Source of the DNA: Enoplolaimus lenunculus
Taxonomy: Eukaryota
DNA length: 64,000 bases
Reading direction: 5' to 3'
NCBI GenBank assembly: GCA_030248215.1
Contig: JASANG010000443.1
Coordinates: 62,001 to 126,000, forward strand
Shown here piece after piece: positions 48,878-60,400 of the stretch. Position numbers and translations under genes: made by a program. The notes under the pieces were generated by a model, which searched no databases, was not told the origin of the DNA, and was given only the letters and a program-made list of their open reading frames with translations. Every line of letters starts with the position of its first letter. The first letter of the stretch is position 1.

Positions 48878-49256
48878 CGATCGCATTATATTTCTAAAAT
48901 CTATTACTATAAGATTATGAACACGAAAATTTTTTGTGTTCATCATAAACAGAAATGATTTTTACTTGAAAAAGAATGTAAATTTACGTTTTTTTAATTA
49001 AAATATTCAAAAATCAACAAAAATAAATATAATAAAAATAAATATTAAATAAATATTAATAATACGTAAGAACAAGAAGAGTTACATACGATTTGAACAA
49101 TCAAAATAGATATCTGGGCGGTGACCCTGTGGTATATGATCGATTTGTTCATAAATGAATTTATATTTTGTGTATTTATTTTATATTATATTTTTAGATA
49201 CTATTTTTTGCGTTTAAAATTTTTTTTTCAGTATTTTGGTTTGGTTAATCTGAGTT

Positions 49257-49509
49257 CACTGTAAATTTTATTGAGCTGATTTTAACTCATAGTGAGTTGA
49301 ATTACTCAGTCTGTGTTAGGACTTTTGGAACTCAGAAGTTTGAGTTGATTCAATTCATCCTGAATTAATAAATCAACTCACCCAGAGTTTACGAACCTCA
49401 CAGTATTAAGAATCAGCTCAACTCAGAGTGAGTTAATGTTTACTGATATTAGTTCAAAAATAGTCAACTCGCTAGCTGAATTGATTGATCAACTCATTGA
49501 AATTTAGTG
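49257..49509. mobile_element. Family-A MITE, TSD TT
   Basis: tt|cactgtaaatt..aatttagtg|tt. Confidence 0.8.
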
Positions 49510-49719
49510 TTAGGAGTTCAGTGATTGTAAGTGTTTACGAACTTGAAAATTTACTAATTTAAGAGTGGTTTTAGGCAGTGAAACATTGTCTGAGTTTCTG
49601 AAATTCGACTTATTAAGTGCTACTTAGTACTAAGTACGTGCTACTTAACCATTTTGTCCTTTTTAACTGCTTAAGCAACAACTTAAGTCGCTTTACTGAA
49701 TTTGATATATTACAGGCTA

Positions 49720-49971
49720 CACTGTAAAATTCAATGAGTTGATTAATCAATTCAGCTAGCGAGTTGGTTTATTTATGAATTAAATCAGTAAACATTGACT
49801 CATTCTGAGTTGAGTTGATTCTTACTCTGAGTTGAGTTGACTCTGGGTGAGTTGATTATTTAACTCAGAATGAATTGAATCATCTCAAAATTCTGAGTTC
49901 TGATAGTCCTAACTCACACTGAGTGATTTCACTCATTCTGAGTTAAAATCAACTCACTGAAATTTACAGTG
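49720..49971. mobile_element. Family-A MITE, TSD TA
   Basis: ta|cactgtaaaat..aatttacagtg|ta. Confidence 0.85.
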
Positions 49972-50519
49972 TAACAGATCAAACGTATTAATCTTGGTCT
50001 AATTAAAATTGCAGAGTCATGATGTATACGTTATATAATGCAAAACTATTACTTTTTTGCTATGACAATTGCTCACATTTGGCATTTATCTGTTTTTGTT
50101 CGAAATTTAAGTATTTACTTAAAGCGGTAGCTTAGTAATTACTTAAGTATAGCTTAAGTATACAGTTCAGTAAGATTTCAAAGACCCAGCCATTGTTTAA
50201 GTTTTTAGTGCGACGAAGTTGCCTTAAACAAGGTGTCAAAAACGCTCTGAGAATATTGTCTTGAATTCGGAAGTTTTTATCGCCAAATCGTTATATTTTT
50301 CACAGTGGTTTGTTACCTATGACCCGGAACAACAGTAGTAATCCGACCCTCGGCAAAAACATAACGCGTGCTGGTACATTTTGTTACTTTGCCAAATTAG
50401 TCAAATTGCAAACTCTTGTATTTATGAATAATGCAATTTTACTGATGCCAAAGCGCATAATCACAAGCTGAGACAGTAAAATCATGAGTTATATTTTTTG
50501 ACTATTTTTACGCTGTTCG

Positions 50520-50850
50520 GCATCATCCGGCGCCGTCCGTCACTGTGAGTCATCCGTACGGCGCCGTCCGTCACACGTGCGTCACCTGTACGGCGCAGTC
50601 CGTTACTGTGAGTCATCCGTACAGCGCCGTCCGTCACTGTGAGTCATCCGTAAGGCGCCGTCCGTCACTGTGAGTCATCCGTACGGCGCCGTCCGTCACT
50701 GTGAGTCATCCGTACGGCGCCGTCCGTCACACGCGCGTCATCTGTACGGCGCAGTCCGTCACTGTGAGTCATCCGTACGGCGTCGTCCGTCACACGTGCG
50801 TCACCTGTACGGCACAGTCCGTCACGGCGCAGTCCGTCAGCGTCCGTCAC
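50520..50850. repeat. GC-rich 31-bp tandem repeat (cgtacggcgccgtccgtcactgtgagtcatc), about 10 copies
   Basis: Direct repeats in two alternating variants. A reverse-complement motif (gtgacggacggcgccgtac) at about 50919 suggests a palindromic MITE host. Confidence 0.8.
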
Positions 50851-51314
50851 CATACGTTATTTGCGTACGATACCTCACGGTGATGAACAACGCCGCACGG
50901 CACCGAGCGCGGCACACGGTGACGGACGGCGCCGTACAAGCGACGAACGTGCCGTACGGGGGACGGCTCGGTAAATGCCGCATGGCACAGCCGACGACGC
51001 CGGGAAAATTTAACGCGATTTGTACTTAAACGAAATGGAACACGAGTATTAACTGTATAAAAGTTTCAAAGATGTTTTATTGTTCCCCAACACAATTGAG
51101 GCATACAAATATTCTCTGGGCTTTGTACAAACATTAACAATTTTTGATGCGGTTCGTCGAACAAGCGCAATGTACATATAAAGCAAAATTGCGAGATATA
51201 CGTGATTTATCACTAATTTTGAGCATTAAAACAGCAAAATTTCCGCTATTATGTATAATGAAAACGGAAACGAAAACCAACTTATACCGGAAACGGATAT
51301 TCAATTAAACCGGA

Positions 51315-51556
51315 CACTTTAAACTTCAGTGAGTAAATTTTAACTCAGAATGAGTAATCCGTAGGACTCAACAGAACTTAGGATTTTGAGTTGGTTCAAT
51401 TCGTTATGAGTAAATTAATCTATTCACCCAGAGTCAATTCAACTCTAGAGTGAGACTCAAATCAACTCAAAAGTGAGTTAAAGTTTACTGATATTAATTT
51501 AGAAATAACCAACTCGCTAGCTGAATTGATGAATCAACACATTGAAATTTGCACCG
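51315..51556. mobile_element. Degenerate family-A MITE
   Basis: Family-A internal motifs with decayed TIRs. Confidence 0.65.
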
Positions 51557-53172
51557 TAAATTTTACAGATACTAATACTGCATAGCAAACGTTGGTTGTA
51601 TCTCTTTTGACGTCTGGATTAGATTTTAGTCACAAGACATACAATACTCTGCACTGCACTCCAAACGTCCTCTGCCTCGTGTTAGGACGCCCCCCATATC
51701 ACCATCACTGCAAAAGAACAGACGTCGAAATAAGAAGATAAATAATAAAAAAATGTTCAAATAAACTAAGTATAAATCAAACGAATTATATCATATTAAA
51801 ATCAATATTAAATATCTTAAAATTTTTGATTGGTTAATCAGATGTCGGCAACGAAAATTTTTCTCAGAAAATTCCTATAAAAACGTAACATGATACCAAG
51901 TCAACGTGTATACTGGCCGAAACCGTGGTGTTTGCATGGGGGGACAGGCCGACAAAACACGTGAGCGAAGAGACGATTAAGACAACTACGCCGTATAGTG
52001 TAAACCACAGGAATTGAATGTTTCATAACGCGAAAAAAATTATGGCTGAGACAACTTTATGTGAACCAAAAATTGTGTTAATAATTCGGAGACGAAATTA
52101 TTTTTTGCTGAAATTTTGATAGGAAAAATACAAATTTGCACCAAAATTGAGAAGACAGCGGAGTTTACTGTGATCAATTGGGGTCAGCCGGAGTAGAGTT
52201 TAAGATATAATTTTTTAAAAATAACTTTAGTTTGGAGATTCGTTTGGCGTTTCGTTTGTGATATACGAATGAAACATGAATTTATGCAAATTCTAAGACT
52301 GCGAAAATTTCCTACAGATTTGATGAAATCACAAAAATGAATCAAATTTGATGTTGTAATCAGCGTATGAGATTACGTTTCACCGAGACTCAGCCCATTT
52401 TAATAGTTGTGTCTGGTTGAACGTTTTTGTTTTGTTTTTGCGTTTTTGCAAAAATTAATATTAATGAAATTTGTAAAGTTTGTAACCCGGACAAAGAGAG
52501 CAATTTTTTAGCAACAAAATATACGAAACAATGTTGTGAACATATTGTGCCAAGCCAGGAGAAAAATATATAACTTCTATAGGAACAGCGAAGAATGTTC
52601 TACAAATGCTATATTATAAGCTGTGCTCCAAATTTTTTTACATAAGTAGCAAATTGACATAGGCCAATTGGTAACTGGACTGAATAGCAGATTAGGTTGC
52701 AACACAAATTTATATCGATCCACAATAAGCAATGTTTAACATTTATCTCCACCACACATGCAAGCACCTTGGCTTAAGAGACTCAAGTTGTTATATTCAA
52801 TCAGTAATAATTGAATTTCTAATTCTAGCAAGCTTAAAGATGAACTTGGCAAAGTTATAGGATATGCAATCCAACGTAGTTCATGTATGCATGTACTTTC
52901 TGCATTTTTCTTCGGTGTTCGAACACTGTCCAGAATAGATATATGAGGTGTTCTAGCTTTAATAATATAGATGTGTGTGGGAATTAATACTCAAAATAGA
53001 ATGTTAGTTTTAAAATTAACCAGAAAGTGTATATATTTGTTTCCGGTCGTAGGCAACGATGAGAGATTTTAACTAAAAAATATTGAATAGTAAAAGAATG
53101 ATAATTTTTGTAAATAAATTAAAAAAATTGCAAATATTCTGGATAGCAAAAATAACCGAAGACATTGGGCGC

Positions 53173-53270
53173 AGGCGGAACTTCCGGTCAGGCGGAACTT
53201 CCGATAAGGCGGAACTTTCGATAAGGCGGAACTTCCGATAAGGCGGAACTTTCGATAAGGCGGAACTTCC
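53173..53270. repeat. 17-bp minisatellite (aggcggaacttccgata), about 6 copies
   Basis: Direct tandem repeats visible in sequence. Confidence 0.85.
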
Positions 53271-55972
53271 AATTTGAGAGGGCCATTCTATCAATGTTAT
53301 TCAGTTGTTGTTGGTGTGTAAATTTAGTATTATGTTAACAGTGTATATACTTAGGATCTATTTTATCAAATGTTCAACAAAAATATCAGAAATTGAAGGA
53401 AGATTGTTCACATACTGTAGTGACTGCAATAAGAGGGGTTAATCAGAGGACGGTCGCCATTTTGAGTCCAAACCAATAGGAGTTCGTTTCCATAATAAAA
53501 GTCCGTAAGCAGATTGAGTCCTTAAACGTCTTATTAGAGTTCATAAACGTCAATTGTCCCTATAATTGCTGTGCATACATTACTCCAAGATCATATAAAG
53601 TTGAGTTCAAAACTTTAAAGCATACTTAAATTTCTAAAGTACATCCTTAAGTATAACCTTGCATTATCGCTCAAGCTTTTAATTACAAGATTAAAAAACG
53701 TTTAATGCAACGGATAATTGCAATACCGGATACATATCAGTGACGAAGTGCTGCGGAAAGCGTGTTAAAAACAGTGGGTACCCTCTGGAGAAGCCAAATA
53801 AATATCCGTCCCCCCGTCTTATTTGGGTCACTACAGTAGTTGCGATGAAATTAAATTTTATAAAAAAATGACAAAAAATTCTCAGTTTCTGCTCAAATCT
53901 GTCAATAAAATCAATATTAATAGTGATATTTTGATTATTTTATTAATATTTACACAAATATTTCACACACGTTTTTGCGTATGGGATCGAACGAATATTA
54001 CAGAAACAAAAAAAATCCGATGCGGTTAAATATTTGCTAATTTTACTGTAAGAAATCCTTTTTGACACAATTTGTTACATAAGTTTTCACTGTAAATTTA
54101 CTTAAAATACAAAAAAGACTGTCAAAAATTTGATCAATTTTGTTAAACTAAACAAATTAATCAAAAAATATGATATATTTTTGACACAATTTTAAAACTG
54201 GTTGACAAAATAATATAAAGTTTGATTTTAGTTGAAATTACAAAATGTTTTTGAGGGTAAGATTTGTCTTGTGGGTCGCCTTAAAAGTTGACCAATGACC
54301 GGTGTCAGATATTGAATTTTTAATATTCTACTCAATTTTAACGCTAATATTTGTTCAATAATTTCAGCGCTGGCTTCATATTTTGATGGTTATTTTAAGT
54401 AAATGTTTGCAATATTTGCAAAAAAGCATCATTAATTAATGTGATAAATGAAATTGTTTTCAGTCATTGTGAAATTGTAGGTTTAAAATAGAAACGGGTT
54501 CACTAAGTACTCAGCAAAAAATGGTGAGCCAAATTGACTCTCTCCGAAATAGGCTTGTCCAGACTACACAAACTGAGTCAAAATTTGACTCCGCCAGAGT
54601 CAAATTCAATTCACTGAATCGCTCAATGAGTCAAATTTGACTCTGGCCGAGTCGAATTTGACTCAGTTTGTCCAGTCAGGAAAAGCCAATTTCGAAGAGA
54701 GTCAATTTGACTCAGTGTTTTTTGCAGTGTAGTATTTATTCATCGCTCCAGTTAATTCTGTGATTACAATTTCCGGTAAACAAAAGATACGGTGTATTAA
54801 ATCCACCATATATTCGTTTTCTATTTCCTGTAAAAATCGACGTTCGTTTCTGTTTTCGTTTTCGTTATAGAAATACCGGAAATTCCGCTATCTTGAAATT
54901 AGGTTGTAAATGACAAGCTTTCAATTGTTTGATATGAAATTGAAATTACGAAATTCATTTAAAAATATTAAAAGGTTCGGGGCACCCGCTATTTTTTGTT
55001 TAAAATTTCAAAAAGCAAGACAAATATTTTCATGCCTCAGTTGTCTGATTTTATGTTGACGGCTTTCTAAAGCAAACCTCAATTATCAAATTCCGGAGCG
55101 CTGAACATGGGGGCACCCCCGAAACAGCGCCGCACACAAAATGTTTTGGCGAACAATAAAACATCTTTGAAACTTTTATACTTCAATATCTGTTTTCTGT
55201 TTCCGTATCCGTTATGTTTAACATCCGTGTACACGCTGGTAGACAGAACAAAACCTAATAAACAACTACGATATGCATTGACTTACTGTGTTGTTTTAAG
55301 AAGTTGGCATTGCAAATAGTCTCAAGGTTCCAACAGAATAGCGATTCCTGCTTAAATTCGGATAAAATTTACGTTCCGACTCCGATTCCGACTGACTGCT
55401 ATTCCGATGCCGGAATTCCGATTTTTTGGTTATAATTTTTAAGGTGATTGAACTTAAATTTTGCCTGTTCTTTCGTTCGTTTGCACTTAATTAGTAACAT
55501 CATTACCTTTAAGTAAATACTCTCAGTTGTTACGTGAAAGCGAATTATTGCGCTGATTATCAAAATGTGACTGCCTATATGACCAATTGTTAATAAAACT
55601 GCAAACAAAACTCATACACTTTACTTTTAATCGAATTACTAATTCCGATTCCGGTTCCGACAAAAAAATGATTCCGATTCCGACTCCATTTCCGACAAAA
55701 AATACTTTCAATGGGAACTCTTCGAATACTTTAACCACCTTGACTAGACAAATTTTAAGCACAAAAATACGTTTAGGAATCGTGTCAAAAATACAAAATG
55801 ATTTTCGCATTTTGAAAAAAGTGTTTGAATCGACTAGAAAAAACACCGTTTTGATACGAGTTTCTCAGCGTACAAAAAAGTAATCTGAACGATGCTGTTT
55901 GAAATACAAAAGCGTTTAAAATAGCGTTTTATTTTCGACACGACTTCTTAAACGATATCGACAAGCGTTTCA

Positions 55973-56156
55973 TCTTTATCTATATATTATAGCTGGAACG
56001 ACCCACATACGTATTTTGGGCAACTCTCCAGCATTACTTTGTTTACAATAATTTCTTAGGAATTACACGTGATTGTTTTAATATGAAAGGAAAATTTGCA
56101 AGAAAGTTTTTGCGCTTTCGCTGCTTTTTGCGCTTTGCGCAAAGCTGGCAGACTAG
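55973..56156 (+). mobile_element. Small non-autonomous Helitron; related minus-strand copy at about 58242-58472
   Basis: a|tctttatctatatat..hairpin gctttgcgcaaagc..ctag|t, i.e. TC start, CTAG end and A|T insertion site. The 5' part (agctggaacg..cacatacgtatttt) recurs inverted at 58430-58472. Confidence 0.75.
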
Positions 56157-56600
56157 TTATATTGATTTGTAACTGCAAGTCTCATAAAACTCTGTAGCTT
56201 TTACGTTGTGTTTTCTCAATTTAGGTTCTAATTTGACCAAACTCAACAGTCAACTAATGTTGTGATTAGATAACCATTGCTTTTTCGGCACTCGTTTACT
56301 TTTCCAGACTAAGCCATACACTGTAAATTCCTGTGAATTGATTTTGACTCAGAATGAGCTGAATCACTCAGCCTGAGTTAGGACTATTAGAACTCACAAT
56401 TCTGAGTTGATTCAACTCGTTCTGATTTAATTAATGAACTTCCCCGAAGTCAACTCAACTTACAGTGAATCAAGTCAACTCAGAACAGCAAAAACTAAAC
56501 TTATTCAAATTTAAATTATTAAAACTGGAACGCACCACATACATAACTTGAGCAGTATTTCAGCTTAAAGCATATCACAAGAGCTACAGATCCAGATTTT

Positions 56601-56804
56601 GGCCACTGTAGGAACAGGTGCGGAACAGTATTAACCTTATTCTTAAGGCTAAGCCTAAGCCTAAACCTAAGCGTAAGAATGAGTTTATTCCTAAGCATAA
56701 GCCTAAGCCTAAACCTAATCCAAGCAAAAAATTAGATCAAGGCTTAAGATTATTCTATTGCAGTCCCATAGGAAAACATTGTGCCCCTAATCCTTACATG
56801 GTCT
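56601..56804. mobile_element. Family-B MITE
   Basis: ggccactgtaggaacaggtgcggaacag..(GCCTAA)n..cccctaatccttacatggtc. Confidence 0.75.
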
Positions 56805-56866
56805 GAAATTTTTAACCATGAGGAAAAATGATCTGATGAGAAAAATGAAACAAGAAGCTTTGCAAC

Positions 56867-57232
56867 CAGGGTACAACCGGAGGGCTGCCTCTGGCTCCGG
56901 CTCCGGCAGAAAATCGGCCTCCGGCTCCGGTAGAATTTTTGCCGGAGGTTCCGGCAATTTCGGTAGTAGAATTTTGCATAATTTAGCAAAATTTATCTGT
57001 TTAGCGCGTTTCGCTTTTACTTTTGCCACTATTTTCTGGAAAGAAACTTCGAAATTTTGCAGAAAATTAGCGTAAAACCAAACAACTTATTAATAACATA
57101 TAGCAGATATTGGCTAAAGTTAACTAGTCAACCATTATCGTTACTACCTAATTTCGCCTCAGCTCCGGCTCCGGCTCCGGCAAGTTTCGTTGACCTCCGG
57201 CTCCGGCAATTTTCACCTCCGGCTGCACCCTG
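56867..57232. mobile_element. hAT-like MITE (family E) immediately upstream of the cuticlin gene
   Basis: cagggtacaaccgg..ccggctgcaccctg with perfect 8-bp TSD tttgcaac. Confidence 0.85.
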
Positions 57233-57440
57233 TTTGCAACTGTTACAACGTCGTTGACTACTAGTTTTGCTTTATTTCAGACCGTTACTGATATTTGTAT
57301 ATAAAATAAAATTCCACATGTTCAAAGAGTAATAATACTTCAAGCTGTAATTTGACCCGTTCGTGCTGGGTCCACGTCAATTGTACCCTCGAGCTTAACT
57401 CTCATTTTGCAAAATTTGCCACTCAAAACCGGTGCTGACT

Positions 57441-60400
57441 ATGAAATTACTAGTCAGTTATCATCGATCTCGGTTTCGGTTCAGAACCAATCAAAACGCC
57501 GTTCGCGATTGGTTTACTGCAATTTTATTGGTTGTTGCTGTACAGCTGATAATAATTCTACCAATCACAGCGATTCCTATTGATAACGGCGTTGAAAATG
57601 AACCAATCATTGATTGCGGTGCGACGTTTATTGGAGTTACTTTTGAAACCCGAAATCCGTTCGAAGGACACGTTTTTGTCAAAACGTTGTATAATCAACC
57701 GGTAAGCGGTTACAGGCAGGTTTTGAATTTGAAATTTGATATTTGTTTCCTATTCGTTCACCGCTGACACTAATTTGAAAAACTTTAAAATCTTGGAAAC
57801 CGTCAAAATTAAGTTTAAAAATCACTAAATATTTTGAAACCAATCTCTGTATTACAAATCAAACTCCAGTTTATGCCCTTCAATTTACGTTTCAACTGTG
57901 GTTTTGTAATACACTGTAAATTCTAATGAGTTAACTAATCTGACTTTTATATTTGTGAACATTAACTGAATCTGAGTTGAGCAAATTCTTACTCTGCGTT
58001 GAGTTGATTTTGGTTGAGTTGATTAATTAACTCATAACGAGTTGAATTGAAATCAAATTCTGATATGTGATAGTCCTAACTCAAACTGAGTGATTCAACT
58101 CATTCAGAGTTAAAATCAACTGACTAAACTTTACAGTGTATGTAGTTCGAGTGGATCACATGGCCTCGTATGACCATATGGTGTCCTCTTTAATTGACGC
58201 AGGATCTTGCGAATTGTAGCCTCGGCCCTGCGTCTTAACAACTAGTCAACGTGGTTCCAATTTTTACCACTGACCCCAAAAATTTCGGCGAATCGCAATG
58301 TGTCAAAAAAATTTTATATAACAACGAATCAACAACTAATTCGAATAAAATGTTTACGAATTCTATTTAAAACCATAAAAAATTCGTATTATTTTTTGTT
58401 TACCTAAACAAAATCAGCAGCTGGAACAGTGCCTAAAATACGTATGTGAAGCGTTCAAGCTTTATTTATATAACTTTTCAATCGTAGCAAGTGTCGATCG
58501 ACGACTCGAGATAAAATATGCAACTCATCGATAAAATGCACACCACGAAAGGTGTCGGCATTTGTTGCATTTTTTTCACTCCCCCCTTGTTTCTTAGGGG
58601 AGACAGCAAACACTTGCAATGCAGAATATGCATGCCTTTTTTAAAAATATATACCGTGCAATCAGGGTGTAAACAGATAATATAAAACCGGAAACGGGCA
58701 CTGATTTTTACCGGAAACGGATATCCGGTGACGCCCTGCGTACAGCCGGAAATCGTCGATTAATTAATAATCCGTTTCTGCGTAGAGTTTGTACTATGAG
58801 CAACTACTTGCAAACTGTGTCGAGCAATAATTACATAATGCACAGTGTTTAACAATTAATGCATATATGTGAAGTCAGAGGTATAAGTGGGTAATGATTT
58901 TTTTATCCGCGCTGCGTTTTACTCGCTGAAGTGGTATTTTTTCCGGCAGAAATACCCGCGCAATATTTCTTCACCCGTTACTTGCCTTTATCCGCACAAA
59001 ATTCCCTTAGCGTTACACGCATTTACCCGCCGTTTTTTCTTCTGCGTTCAATACAATTGTGCAGTTTTACAGTGCATTGATGATACTCGATACTTATTTT
59101 TCACTCATACGGTAAAAACAATTTAAAAATTCAACTTTTTTGTGTTATATCTGGTTTCAAGTTTGTTATAAAAATTTAAGGTTGGTTAAAAATTAAAGAA
59201 TTTTCACCCATATTTTAAATTTTTTTACTCGCAAATTTTGATTCAACCATAGAACATGAGCTTCTAATTTTGTATACAGAAAAATCTAAGGTAAGTAGTG
59301 CAGCACAGGCACACCTGTTTGATATAATACATTTTACCTGGTTCAGCCGGGAGAATCATAGTCTTTGGTTTTTTTTACAAAACGGAAAAAGTGGAAAATT
59401 CAAAAGTATAGGTTTTTGCAGGTCCGGTATTGAAAATATGGATTGTAGGTTACGTTTGGAAACGAGAAAAGTGGAAAATTCAAAACCATTGGTTTTCTTT
59501 GACATGGTGGGAAAAAGCAGGATGTGGGCATTGTGCGGTAACTGGGACTTGGGAGGAGAATGGAACCCATCCATAAAATGTTTTTTCAATGTGATCTCAC
59601 GAAAGTGATGCCCCCATACAGGGTGCATCCGGAATTCTGGTTACGGTAGGCAAATCCGGTATGTTTTACTATCCGTTTCCGGTAATATATCCGGTATGTT
59701 ATGACCGGAATTTTCCGGTATTTTCGGTATTAAATTTTTCTCAGTTGAAAATTTAAGAAAAATTGGCATGTTATCCTAACTTATTTTGATAAAATTAAAA
59801 TAGCTTTAAAAATGAATTTTTCGGAATCAAGTATTTTTTGTTTTCCGGTTCCGATATTTTATAATTCCGGTTGTATATCCTGTCCCTCTGAACCCGTTGC
59901 AATGTCAACAAACCTAAATAGAATAGGGGGATGGGCCTTTGGCGTCCAAACGAACCCGTACACTAACCATTTAATTATTGGAACAGCTGAAATTTCTAAT
60001 CAACTGTTTTTATAATGCGCTTTGCGCCAAAAAATATACCTCCACGTCAGATTTTTCCATCGAAACACAGCAGGAAACGTTTAAATTTTCCACTTTTCTC
60101 GTCTTCCAAACATAACTCCAAACTTCAAATTTTTTCTACCAAACCGGTGAAAGTATAGAATTTTGCATTTCTCACTTTTCCAGTTGTTCAAACAAAATGC
60201 AGGCCTCAATGTTTCATAATGAAATCGGGGAAACCCAATACTTTTGAATTTTTCACTTTACTGTTTTCCAAACAAAATCCATGCTTCAGATTTTGCCTTG
60301 AGCGTTGAATTTTTTCACGTTTCCAGTTTTCCAAACACGTTTCTGCTTCAGATTTTTCTACAAAACCTTCGAAAACTTAAACGATTGGATTTTCCACTTT

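Noticed and set aside
56750..57257. PEPEPE/GSGSG-type ORFs (also near 7077, 10306, 62082)
   Set aside because: They derive from the CCGGAG/CCGGAA hexamer repeats of hAT-like MITEs.
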